A DNA stretch of 64,000 bases from positions 567 through 64,566 of the forward strand of contig JAKPTO010000014.1 in assembly GCA_029555085.1 (NCBI GenBank), in the 5' to 3' direction. Below are positions 8,832-17,710 of this stretch, piece by piece. The DNA comes from a bacterium. Its GTDB lineage: Bacteria; Patescibacteriota; Patescibacteriia; UBA1558; S5-K13. The notes beneath the pieces are model-generated. The model ran no database searches, was not told the DNA's origin, and worked only from the letters and a program-made list of their open reading frames with translations. Made by a program: the position numbers and the translations under genes. How positions within the stretch are numbered: the first letter of the stretch is position 1; the number at the start of each line of letters is the position of its first letter.

Positions 8832-11800
8832 TTATGCTTGTTTTTGACTATATTCATTATAGAGCACCTGAACCTCTTCCTTAGTTTTTAAACGTGGATC
8901 ATCTATCAATTTAATTTTTTTAGAGCTACCATTCACAGTGCGTTCGTATACAATTGTATGTGTTTTTATTTCTTGACCTTCCACAATCAGTGTGTAGTCA
9001 TTTTCTCGCACCTCAGTCGGAACAAAACCAGTTTTCTCCACAAGTTTTCTTGATGGAAGATTGATTTCAGAAACTCGAACCCGAAGACCTTTAAAATCCG
9101 GGATAGTATTTTTGGCGAAATCAAATATTTTGTTAATTGTTTCTGTTGCTACGCCCCTACCTTGCATTTCCGGAGTCAAGAACATACCACCTATATTGTA
9201 AAATCCAGGATTGTTTGGCAACTCATACAAAGCACTCAGACCTATTATCTCATCTTCTGTGTCGCGAAGTGCCCATTTGTAGTCAACGGTTTTTTCATCT
9301 TGTTTCTTTATGCGTTCTTTGAGAGCAAAATATGGGTAAAAAACATTGGAATTTTTTTCTGCCACACGATCAAGGTGCACGCGTTCAGCACGTGTTGTTT
9401 CAGTATAGTCATTGATACTACCGAAAGTAGTCACCATCTCCCCTGATTTAAATTTTGCTCCATAACCAACTTCATTCATAACTCGCTCAATGAGTTGTGT
9501 TGTTTGCGCGACCCATTCAACAGCATAAGCATTTGTTTTAAGTTGTCCATTCGCATCAAGCAACAAAGTACGGTCATTTTCGTTTGGTTCATTGCCAATT
9601 TTTATAACAGATTCATCTCGAATACCGTGCGTTTCTTCTAAAAAGGCAAGTGCAGTAGATTTATTTATTCCACGCATTACTAAATCTAGTTGCTCGCCTC
9701 TATTAGTTGTAATAACATCAAGTCCAAGCGATTCTGCCAATTGTTGAATTTGAGATATCTCATCTTCCAAACCTACGCGTGATACTTTAATACCTTCATC
9801 ATTTAAATCATAGAACGCGATATTGATTCTACGTTCATTGTTGTGAATATCAGCCAAAATATTTTCTCTGGAAAGCAGTGATTGAAGTCTGGTTATTTTT
9901 ATATCAATTTCTTCAATAGTAAAATTTTGAACTAGTTCACCGTTGTGATAATATGCCGCTCCGGTATCGGCACTAATCTCAAAATTAGCCGGATTCATTC
10001 CATTGGTTTCCAAGATTTCAGCAATAGAATCGTATTGTTTTCCCGAGCTAATCACAACCATAACACCGCGTTCATTAAGACGTTGTAATGATGCTACTGT
10101 TTTTGCGTTTATAAACCCTCCGTCTTCAAGTGTGCCGTTTAGATCCAGTATCACCGCTTTTGGTTTTTCTGTAAAAAATTGTTTGTCTTCTTCTTGTTCT
10201 TGCATTTCATAAGCTATACACAATTTACATAATTCAGAAAAATCATTCGCCAACTCTTGTAAGTTTCTGTTTTCAAGACCGTGAGATAGGTACTTTTTAC
10301 AAATTCGGACGAATTCACTATGAATAGGTTCAGGAATGCCTACATTTTTGTTTTGTATTGCGTCTAATTCTTTTTCAGGATATGGAAGGTTGCGCAATAC
10401 CTCCGTAGAATTAGCGGATTTTACTTGCAGTGGGAACATGCCAGGATTTGTTTTATATATTTTTTGAACTAATACACCTAGAATACGCATCATTTGCTTT
10501 GCTTCATATACTTGCTTGTCGCCCTCGTATAAAGGATCAATAATGCGATACGTCCCATCTTGCTCAACCATCACATTTCGTAAATTGAATTGACCAGCAA
10601 CGACGCCTCTTTCATGCAAGGAAGCAATATCCTTAATAACAGCTGAGATTTCTTTTAAAAACACAACCCATTCTTGTGGCTCTTTCATCTCGGCAACAAT
10701 ATCCTCTGCTTGATGGCCTTTAATAAGTTCCATAATGAGCATATTGCGTTCGCGGTCATATTCATAACATTGCGGAAAACGATTAGCCAAATCGCCGGCT
10801 TGTTGTTGTAATGCTTGAGTGTATTGATATTCTTCATCCAAATATTGCAAACCGATTTTAATAGCAACCTTTTTACCACTTTCCTCATTAATTGCTTCAA
10901 AAACTTTGGATTCCTTTCCTAAGCCAAGCATTTTTGAGAATTGATATTTCTTCCCATCTATAATAAGTCCGCCTTTTTGTTCAAAAATGGACATCCAGAT
11001 AGCTCGTTCTTGTGCAACAAAATCTTTAAATAATTTATCTTTTCGGTTTTCTGGAAAATTTAATCGTTGCCACACCTCCAGTAAACTTTGAAAATCTTTT
11101 GTGATTATTGGATGACCGGATTCGTGTCGCATACCGGTTATTCTACCAGCAATGCCATCGGCAAATTCAGGTAATCCGATCAAGACGCTGACAGTTTCTC
11201 CATTTTCTTTGGTTGCTGACAGAACAAACTGATTAAACATGTGTGAAATAGAGTACTCTGTCCAACGCTCAAACGGAATGGCGCGATATATTGATTCAAT
11301 ATCTGTATACACCTGAGGATTACAATAGTTTTCTACGGTTATTTTATTTTTCATATGTTCAAAAACTGCAATATCAATAACCCCATTTTCGTAATTTTGT
11401 AGTGCTGTATGCAACAGCTCTGTCCCAATAATATATGTCGCGACTTGTTCATCTTCTGGCCGTTTACCAAATACCGTGGTAATATCTAATGCTTCCAATA
11501 ATTTTATTTTTGAAATAAATCTTTTTACATTTTTATCGCACTGCTCTCCGTCTGGTAAGCCAAATTCCATGAGTTGATTGTTTGTAATCATTGACTTTAG
11601 AAACATCTCTCTTTGTTTAAGTAGTTGTTCACCTCTCTCAGTATATTCTATGGTTGCATTACCAAACTCACCGACATTTACTGAATATTCTTTATCCCTA
11701 ATGATTTGGCGATAGAAACTTAAAAGCATTCTAGAAAGCTCAAACTCTATTGATGATGCGTCACGTTCAGGACTGCCATTTATATCAATTAGTTGAATAT

Positions 11801-13919
11801 TGCCTTCTTGATCCATTAAAATATTTCCGAAATGTAGATCACCGTGAGTGAATTCAGGTATAACTGAATCGGAAAAATCACGATCAAGCATAGGAGTTGA
11901 TTTTTTTACCCACTCAAGCAACGTGCTCATATTAACTCGTGTTTCGCCGTTTATTTTTATTAGCTCATGGCGAGCAAATTCTTGTAAATTTTTATCGTCA
12001 ATATTTTGTAAGAACTCAAGACCGCGTTCAATTGAAGAAAGATGATGATCGGAAAAATATCGATCTTCCACATGTTTTTCTCCTTTTGACCACAGTTCTC
12101 GTTTTAAATCCATAAAAAGATTATTAAATTCGTTTTGTGTCACCTCTCTAGTTGGTTTTTTTCCAAAGTATTGGTCATCAAGCGAACCACCTTCAATAAA
12201 GGGTGATACATAATATACTTCATCATCTTTCACATTGCTATCAATCAATTCAGGTATAATGGAAATACCAACTTTCTGCATCTGACAGGTTCGTTGGATT
12301 TGTCGCAACAAATGTTCGTATTGATTTCCATACGGCGCTCTTTTTATGACAAATTTTTTACCTTGCTCGTTTTCCATAATGCTGACTGATGCGCCCATTG
12401 ATGTGCGTTTGTCCAAATTTCCTTCCTCGACCGGTTTTAATTGCTCATAGTAAAAAGGGTAATCATATTCTTCTATATAACGTGGGATGTATACATTATC
12501 TGAATCTCGCATCTGTTTATGTCCAAGAGGAATCCATTTATATCGTTCATTGCCATTTTTATCTCGCTTCAGAGCGCGGGTTGTCAATCGATGATGTGGA
12601 AAATAATCCCAACCGGGAACGAGCTGAAAGTTCATTTTTTTTGAGGTTCCATTTACGGTAATAGGTACAGCAGAAGGATTGAAGTCCAAAATACCCCGTC
12701 CATATTTTCCACCAGCATACTTTATTTCATTAAAGGCGCGATAATAAAATGCCATTCTTTTAATGTATTCTTCTTTGGAGTGTTTAGTATTAAACATATC
12801 TGGAGAAAGTGTTCCACGATAAAACGACATCCAACTTTCAAGACTGCCCAATATATCAATGGATTCTATAAGTTCGTCCAGTTCTGTCGCTTGATTTTTT
12901 TGCAAAGCATCTTCTATTTCCAAATTTTTTCGCTCTTCTTGCTTTTCCTTCATGATTTTCATAAGAATGCTGAACAGTTCCCCGTTTTCTCGCAGAGTAT
13001 CAATTGGGCTTTGATCGTCTTTAATATCTGGTATATTGAATTTAGCAAATTCGGAACGATGAGAAGAGATGTATTTGTTTATCTTGGTGACGGCTGATTC
13101 ATATTGTTGCTGTACGGTATCTTTTTTTTCTCTTAGACGATATTGCCATTTTTTTTCGTCCTGATCTTCAACATTTATCAAACATCGTCTTACTAATTCC
13201 GCCGCGTCAATAATTTTAACCGGATTTTCTCTATTATCCATATCTTCTTTGTTGCGACCGGACTGAGCATATGCCTGCTCATTAAGTTTTTCTAAAATTT
13301 TAAGCGTTTCCTGTGTCTCGTCTTGGTATCTTCCCAATGCACGATATAAATTACCTTCATATCCAATATTAATTTGCAGGCCAGGTGAATAAATCGTTTC
13401 TGCGCCACGTGCGATTTGTTGCAAGTTGGAAAAAGCGAGATAATTTGCCATATCAGGCAAGAGTTGTCTATCAGAAATGTCCGGATTTTTAAATTTTGGA
13501 GAAAATGAAAGGCCAAAAAAAACAATAGGTTGATTTTCTCTTATGGCTTCAACCATCGTGTGTATTATATTGGCGTCGTATTCTGGACTTCTATATGTAC
13601 TGCCAGTTCTTCGTATTTCCCCTGGACGTCCAGATAAATATTCAAGCAGAGCAACAGCTGTTACCTCGGGTGTTTTTTCAAATTCTCGTTTTTCTAAATT
13701 AGTAAGACCCTCAGGAGTATATTTTTCATAATATGATCGTAGAGAATCCTTAATGCGTCTGGAAATCTGTCCAGGAAATATCGTACTTTCGGGAATAAAA
13801 GGAGGTTTGTACTCGGGAGTTGTTGGGTATTCATTAATTTTATGTGATTCGTGGTTTTGCTCGATTATTTTTTGTTCTTGTTCTTTTTGTTGGTAATGTA
13901 AAGCATTTTTTTCTAGCAT
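8832..13919 (-). CDS. giant multidomain protein: PvcA/Dit1 isonitrile-synthase-like domain + APH-like kinase + second kinase-like domain + HAD hydrolase + C-terminal GNAT
   Basis: 1695 aa. aa~120-470: QPIVFFGLSFSPKFKNPD...LLPDMANYLAF...IYSPGLQINIGYEGNLY aligns by eye with PvcA QPIHFILPAFPAKSPNP...LPDMGEQVAL...VYAPGARITICSDGRVF. aa~505-720: THGDLHFGNILMD...LIDINGSPE (APH/choline-kinase Brenner motif). aa~990-1150: LGLGKESKVF...KKVAIKI glycine loop + VAIK but catalytic loop reads VVAGQFNLRN (no HRD Asp). aa~1254-1465: VILDLNGTL...VISSGK...INKST...GNEPNEND (HAD motifs, DxN not DxD). aa~1520-1660: GGMFLTPEMQGRGVATE GNAT motif A. Higher GC than flanks. Confidence 0.6.
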   Translation of the reverse strand: MLEKNALHYQQKEQEQKIIEQNHESHKINEYPTTPEYKPPFIPESTIFPGQISRRIKDSLRSYYEKYTPEGLTNLEKREFEKTPEVTAVALLEYLSGRPGEIRRTGSTYRSPEYDANIIHTMVEAIRENQPIVFFGLSFSPKFKNPDISDRQLLPDMANYLAFSNLQQIARGAETIYSPGLQINIGYEGNLYRALGRYQDETQETLKILEKLNEQAYAQSGRNKEDMDNRENPVKIIDAAELVRRCLINVEDQDEKKWQYRLREKKDTVQQQYESAVTKINKYISSHRSEFAKFNIPDIKDDQSPIDTLRENGELFSILMKIMKEKQEERKNLEIEDALQKNQATELDELIESIDILGSLESWMSFYRGTLSPDMFNTKHSKEEYIKRMAFYYRAFNEIKYAGGKYGRGILDFNPSAVPITVNGTSKKMNFQLVPGWDYFPHHRLTTRALKRDKNGNERYKWIPLGHKQMRDSDNVYIPRYIEEYDYPFYYEQLKPVEEGNLDKRTSMGASVSIMENEQGKKFVIKRAPYGNQYEHLLRQIQRTCQMQKVGISIIPELIDSNVKDDEVYYVSPFIEGGSLDDQYFGKKPTREVTQNEFNNLFMDLKRELWSKGEKHVEDRYFSDHHLSSIERGLEFLQNIDDKNLQEFARHELIKINGETRVNMSTLLEWVKKSTPMLDRDFSDSVIPEFTHGDLHFGNILMDQEGNIQLIDINGSPERDASSIEFELSRMLLSFYRQIIRDKEYSVNVGEFGNATIEYTERGEQLLKQREMFLKSMITNNQLMEFGLPDGEQCDKNVKRFISKIKLLEALDITTVFGKRPEDEQVATYIIGTELLHTALQNYENGVIDIAVFEHMKNKITVENYCNPQVYTDIESIYRAIPFERWTEYSISHMFNQFVLSATKENGETVSVLIGLPEFADGIAGRITGMRHESGHPIITKDFQSLLEVWQRLNFPENRKDKLFKDFVAQERAIWMSIFEQKGGLIIDGKKYQFSKMLGLGKESKVFEAINEESGKKVAIKIGLQYLDEEYQYTQALQQQAGDLANRFPQCYEYDRERNMLIMELIKGHQAEDIVAEMKEPQEWVVFLKEISAVIKDIASLHERGVVAGQFNLRNVMVEQDGTYRIIDPLYEGDKQVYEAKQMMRILGVLVQKIYKTNPGMFPLQVKSANSTEVLRNLPYPEKELDAIQNKNVGIPEPIHSEFVRICKKYLSHGLENRNLQELANDFSELCKLCIAYEMQEQEEDKQFFTEKPKAVILDLNGTLEDGGFINAKTVASLQRLNERGVMVVISSGKQYDSIAEILETNGMNPANFEISADTGAAYYHNGELVQNFTIEEIDIKITRLQSLLSRENILADIHNNERRINIAFYDLNDEGIKVSRVGLEDEISQIQQLAESLGLDVITTNRGEQLDLVMRGINKSTALAFLEETHGIRDESVIKIGNEPNENDRTLLLDANGQLKTNAYAVEWVAQTTQLIERVMNEVGYGAKFKSGEMVTTFGSINDYTETTRAERVHLDRVAEKNSNVFYPYFALKERIKKQDEKTVDYKWALRDTEDEIIGLSALYELPNNPGFYNIGGMFLTPEMQGRGVATETINKIFDFAKNTIPDFKGLRVRVSEINLPSRKLVEKTGFVPTEVRENDYTLIVEGQEIKTHTIVYERTVNGSSKKIKLIDDPRLKTKEEVQVLYNEYSQKQA

Positions 13920-14045
13920 ATGATTTTGTCAATCTTGATTAATATAATTATCACAATATCCATTTTTATTCTTATTGCTTGCTATAACTTATTGAGTTAA
14001 TATTTGTGTTTATATTTTAATAAACGTTTTTTTATCATCATAGCT

Positions 14046-14097
14046 ATATTATTTTTATTTTCTCACAATTCAAACAAAAAGTAAAATAAAAAAATCG
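14046..14097 (-). promoter_or_regulatory. L module: sigma70-like promoter (TTGAAT-N16-TAATAT on minus strand) upstream of the giant gene; near-identical copy at 19359-19405
   Basis: ~50 nt atattattttt(t)attttctcacaattcaaacaaaaagtaaaataaaaa repeated ~5.3 kb apart, each 65-180 nt upstream of a minus-strand start codon (13919 and 19288). Confidence 0.5.
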
Positions 14098-14120
14098 CTC
14101 TCAAAAAAGCGATTATTATT
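14087..14120 (-). terminator. rho-independent terminator for the mod-res-rSAM transcript
   Basis: minus-strand atcgct-tttttgag-agcgat hairpin followed by a T7 run, ~90 nt downstream of the radical-SAM stop. Confidence 0.55.
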
Positions 14121-14205
14121 GATCTGTTTTGAGTGGATTTTAAAATTCAAAGTGAATTATTATTCCTCTTTGCTATTTAGTAATTCCAATGAATGGAGGT
14201 ATTTT

Positions 14206-15198
14206 TTATTTCCTTACAAAAGTATTACAAGTGGAACAAGGAATGTCCACTAGATCTTTATTATTTGAATGAATTAATTTTTTGGAGAAAAAATTTCTTG
14301 AAAGTTTATAATATTTATTATTCCAAATATCTTTCAATTTTTGATTCAATATATTTCCATAAGAAAATCTATCAAAGTCCCCTCCGCAACATGGATACAA
14401 GCTTCCATCTGGTCTTATCATGCATCCTAAATATAACCAAAAACAAGTTCGTTTATATGTTTTTGTTTTAGGGCTATCATTATTATCATCATATCCCAAA
14501 TTTTCTTGTCTATATGTAATTCTGTCTACTTTTATTTCTCTCAAAAATTCATCAATCTGATTTAACTCGTCTTTTATATGATTAAAAGTGACAACCTGAA
14601 CATCTACAATGGGATATTTCTTTTTGTTTTTTATTTTATACTCCATTACATCCCTTAAGCCCTGTTTTACAATTTCTACATCTCCACCTTGTCTATACTG
14701 AGAGTATTTCTCTTGTGAAAAACCATCCAAACATGGTTCTAATACTGTAAGACCTGAGTCAAATAATTTTTTAATATCATCTTTTTTAAATAGATTAAAG
14801 TTTGTACTAATAAGAGTGCTTATGTTATTTTTGTTTGCATAAGATATCATCTCATATATATCTTTGTTTAGAAGTGGTTCGCCCATATCATACAATGATA
14901 CACGAAGCGCGTATTTTTTTATTTTATCAATAATACTTTTAAAATCTTCTAGTGTCATTATTCTTTTTTCTTTTGTATTGGTCTGCCATGACTGACACGA
15001 TGGGCATCTTAAATTGCACGCAGAACATGGATCTATTCTATAAATAAATGGCCTCGAGATACACCTTCCTCGTCTAAATGTCATTTCAAGAAATGAAATA
15101 ATAACATTTATGGCCTTAGTAAATGTCAAAAATGGGAGTAATGAAAAAAAATGTCTTTTAATGAATAAACCTAGCTTATTATAAAATGAAAGCTTCAT
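14206..15198 (-). CDS. radical SAM protein with SPASM/twitch-like Cys-rich C-terminus
   Basis: 330 aa; CNLRCPSC radical-SAM cluster motif (within CSACNLRCPSCQ); C-terminal CFWLYLGC...YPCCGGD...CSTC Cys cluster pattern; N-terminal hydrophobic segment; same strand as and downstream of mod-res. Confidence 0.6.
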   Translation of the reverse strand: MKLSFYNKLGLFIKRHFFSLLPFLTFTKAINVIISFLEMTFRRGRCISRPFIYRIDPCSACNLRCPSCQSWQTNTKEKRIMTLEDFKSIIDKIKKYALRVSLYDMGEPLLNKDIYEMISYANKNNISTLISTNFNLFKKDDIKKLFDSGLTVLEPCLDGFSQEKYSQYRQGGDVEIVKQGLRDVMEYKIKNKKKYPIVDVQVVTFNHIKDELNQIDEFLREIKVDRITYRQENLGYDDNNDSPKTKTYKRTCFWLYLGCMIRPDGSLYPCCGGDFDRFSYGNILNQKLKDIWNNKYYKLSRNFFSKKLIHSNNKDLVDIPCSTCNTFVRK

Positions 15199-15371
15199 AG
15201 AATTACTTGTTAATAAAATTTATTAAAATATTTAATGCTAATTAATATATTAACTTAAAAAAATTTTCAAGTAAAGATGAATCAATAATCTTTTGTATAT
15301 TTGGGACATCCTTGATCCCCAATGATCTGCGTAATTTATAAAAAATCGTTTTTAAAATAATAATTATTTAG

Positions 15372-15533
15372 CTAGTTATTTATGGTGGTGTGCGTTCGAA
15401 AAAATTTGAACTGATTTTGCTCAAAATTTATATGGCTGACGAAAATCCCCTCCCAATCCTCTTCCTTTTTGTCCACCTGCCTAGGCTTCGCTCCTAAAAC
15501 TCTTGGGCAAGATATTTTTTTGGTGTAATTCAT
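15372..15533 (-). CDS. possible small ORF (53 aa) in GC-rich res-rSAM intergenic region
   Basis: manual translation MNYTKKISCPRVLGAKPRQVDKKEEDWEGIFVSHINFEQNQFKFFRTHTTINN; no clear SD; below the ORF-track length cut-off; could equally be a gene remnant. Confidence 0.2.
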   Translation of the reverse strand: MNYTKKISCPRVLGAKPRQVDKKEEDWEGIFVSHINFEQNQFKFFRTHTTINN

Positions 15534-15569
15534 AAAGTTAAATATATCTCTTCATGCACTCGCTAAATT

Positions 15570-17708
15570 TCACATAGTTACCTTCTTACAAAAGTTCACA
15601 AACTCGTCTTTTGATAATAATTTTTCGTTACCTTCCACATACTGAAAAATACGCCATTTATCATCTCGCAAAATCGGTAAATAAAATATCTGATTGGTTA
15701 GTTTAGAAGCTTGTTTATATGCTTTTTTCAATTCTTCCAACTTCGTTTTATAGATATTATTATCAAAACCCCCGACCATATTTGCAGAAATATTTACACT
15801 TTTTACTTCAAAAATATGTATTCTATTAAAGCTGTCTTTCATCACAAAGTCTGGATATGAAGAATGCGGTGCGCCGAGATAATACTCAAACTTTATCGGC
15901 GAGTTTGCCACATAATTTTTACCCCACAGATACACTTGTTTCGTATCTAAAAACTCTGGTTCTGTTTCTCCAAATAAATCAGTTGCTCCGGCTTTTGGAT
16001 TCTTCCTCCCAACTGTTACTCTTTTACCAACTCGTCCATCGCCAACCGCTACATCATCTTTTGCAAGGTCCTTTAAGATACTCGTCCACGCACGCTCCGC
16101 TTCACTATCAAATGCAAACTTCTCTTTGCCGTCATTGCGTTTCCATACCCAGTCGCCAATATCTACATAATTGCCGTTGTCGGTGTAATGTGAAGTCAGA
16201 GCAAAGGAAACTTCTACTTCTTTTCCGTTTTCGTCTTTTACTACTTCCATGCTTTTCTCATAATCATTCACATATTGACTGCTTTCATTTGCTACGGTAT
16301 CAATATTTTCCACAAACTCACGCCATTTTGTATAAGTCGTCGCATAATTTTCGCCCATTTCTCGCACGCTGTTTTCGGCTTTCACAAAATTTCTCCATAA
16401 AGAAAAAATAGAACTCGGAGTAGATACGATTGATTGTTTTTTCAAGAATGTCGTTAGATTAAAACTGGCCTTTTTGGTCAAGGATTTTAACCGTGTTGTC
16501 TTAATTTTGATCTCATTAGTAATAATTTCGCTATCTTGCCACAATTTCACGCCAAAACTTTTTCGCAAGTCTCCGGGAACAATGCCCCAAATCCATGCGG
16601 TCATAGCTAGTCTTTGTGCGTCTTCTGATAATGATTCAAAATCAAGTAGTCGCGGGTTCCGTCTTACTCGCCCCATCACTTGCTCATCCAATTGCTTACT
16701 CTTACTATCCCGTATTTGAAAAAGCATACAGGCGCGTGGAATATCCCACCCCTCAGTAATCACCATTTTGAAAATGATAATATCAATCGTACTTGAATTT
16801 TCTTTTGCATAATCTTTCCACTTGCTCACAGGCAACTTTTTGGCCTTAAAAGTGTCGTTGGTGTCGCATTGCTTCTCGTTATTAACAATTAGCATCCACT
16901 TTAGATCCGTGTGTTCAGCTTTTTCCAGTTCCTTTTTAATCTCGGCAATTTCAGCATCCGCTTTGTCTTTGTTGCTAATCTGGATAATTAGACATGGGTT
17001 TACGCCCAGCATGTTGCGGTAATCTTTTTTTATTTCTTCAAACTTCGTAATCGCATCAGTCACTTTGGCATCAGGGTCGTCAACCAACTCAATATCTTTG
17101 ATCAGTTTCGCATTTACCGCGTCATCGTTTTTAATCTCAACATCAGGGTGTTGTCCACGCGAAAGTTTTGGCGTGGCAGAGAAGTTGTATATTTTGGTAA
17201 AGAATTTTTCTGATAAACTATCCAGATTGTTGGTGGCAATATGGCACTCGTCTTTTATTAAATAGACTTTTTTATCCAAGCCACCTATCAATTCCGTCCC
17301 AGTTACTGTGCGTAAAAATCCTTCCATTGCTCCTTGCATCAGTCGTCCGCCTTTTTTATATAAATCGCGAGGTAAAAGATAAACATTATAGTCGGTTGGC
17401 ACAAACAATCTCTCTTCACCTGCAATTTCGCTACTAATTAAATATGGCTTCAATTCCGGAAAATTTCCTTTTACTGAGTATTGTTGAAACTTCTCATAAT
17501 TTTGTGTGGCGAGATCGCCTTTTGAAAGTGTAGAAACAAGAAAAATCACATTTTTATCAGCTGATAAAATGCGGTTCATCATATCCGCCATCATATAGGT
17601 TTTACCACTTCCTGTTGGCGCTTTGAAAGTTATCTCATCTTGTGCAGAGGTGAGTTCAACAAGAGAAGTGACGGCGTTTTGCTGTAGGTCTATTGCTTCT
17701 TGTTTCAT
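15570..17708 (-). CDS. res: Type III restriction enzyme Res subunit (SF2 helicase + C-terminal PD-(D/E)xK nuclease)
   Basis: 712 aa; Walker A APTGSGKT, DEAH-like LIKDECH, C-terminal PDFVMKD...IFEVKS nuclease motif; start 2 nt after mod stop. Confidence 0.75.
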   Translation of the reverse strand: MKQEAIDLQQNAVTSLVELTSAQDEITFKAPTGSGKTYMMADMMNRILSADKNVIFLVSTLSKGDLATQNYEKFQQYSVKGNFPELKPYLISSEIAGEERLFVPTDYNVYLLPRDLYKKGGRLMQGAMEGFLRTVTGTELIGGLDKKVYLIKDECHIATNNLDSLSEKFFTKIYNFSATPKLSRGQHPDVEIKNDDAVNAKLIKDIELVDDPDAKVTDAITKFEEIKKDYRNMLGVNPCLIIQISNKDKADAEIAEIKKELEKAEHTDLKWMLIVNNEKQCDTNDTFKAKKLPVSKWKDYAKENSSTIDIIIFKMVITEGWDIPRACMLFQIRDSKSKQLDEQVMGRVRRNPRLLDFESLSEDAQRLAMTAWIWGIVPGDLRKSFGVKLWQDSEIITNEIKIKTTRLKSLTKKASFNLTTFLKKQSIVSTPSSIFSLWRNFVKAENSVREMGENYATTYTKWREFVENIDTVANESSQYVNDYEKSMEVVKDENGKEVEVSFALTSHYTDNGNYVDIGDWVWKRNDGKEKFAFDSEAERAWTSILKDLAKDDVAVGDGRVGKRVTVGRKNPKAGATDLFGETEPEFLDTKQVYLWGKNYVANSPIKFEYYLGAPHSSYPDFVMKDSFNRIHIFEVKSVNISANMVGGFDNNIYKTKLEELKKAYKQASKLTNQIFYLPILRDDKWRIFQYVEGNEKLLSKDEFVNFCKKVTM

Positions 17709-17710
17709 AA

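Noticed and set aside
9137-13731. Multiple 60-105-aa ORFs on both strands inside the giant gene (e.g. 9162..9446, 12389..12661, 12780..13097, 13292..13525)
   Set aside because: Fully overlapped by the 5.1-kb ORF, which has coherent domain content. These are typical shadow ORFs.
14206-15198. Radical SAM gene as a prokaryotic viperin or QueE (Dpd 7-deazaguanine system)
   Set aside because: CNLRC motif is shared with many families. The protein is ~100 aa longer than QueE, has an N-terminal hydrophobic segment and a SPASM-like C-terminal Cys cluster, and no other dpd/que genes are nearby. A viperin C-terminal signature was not recognised.
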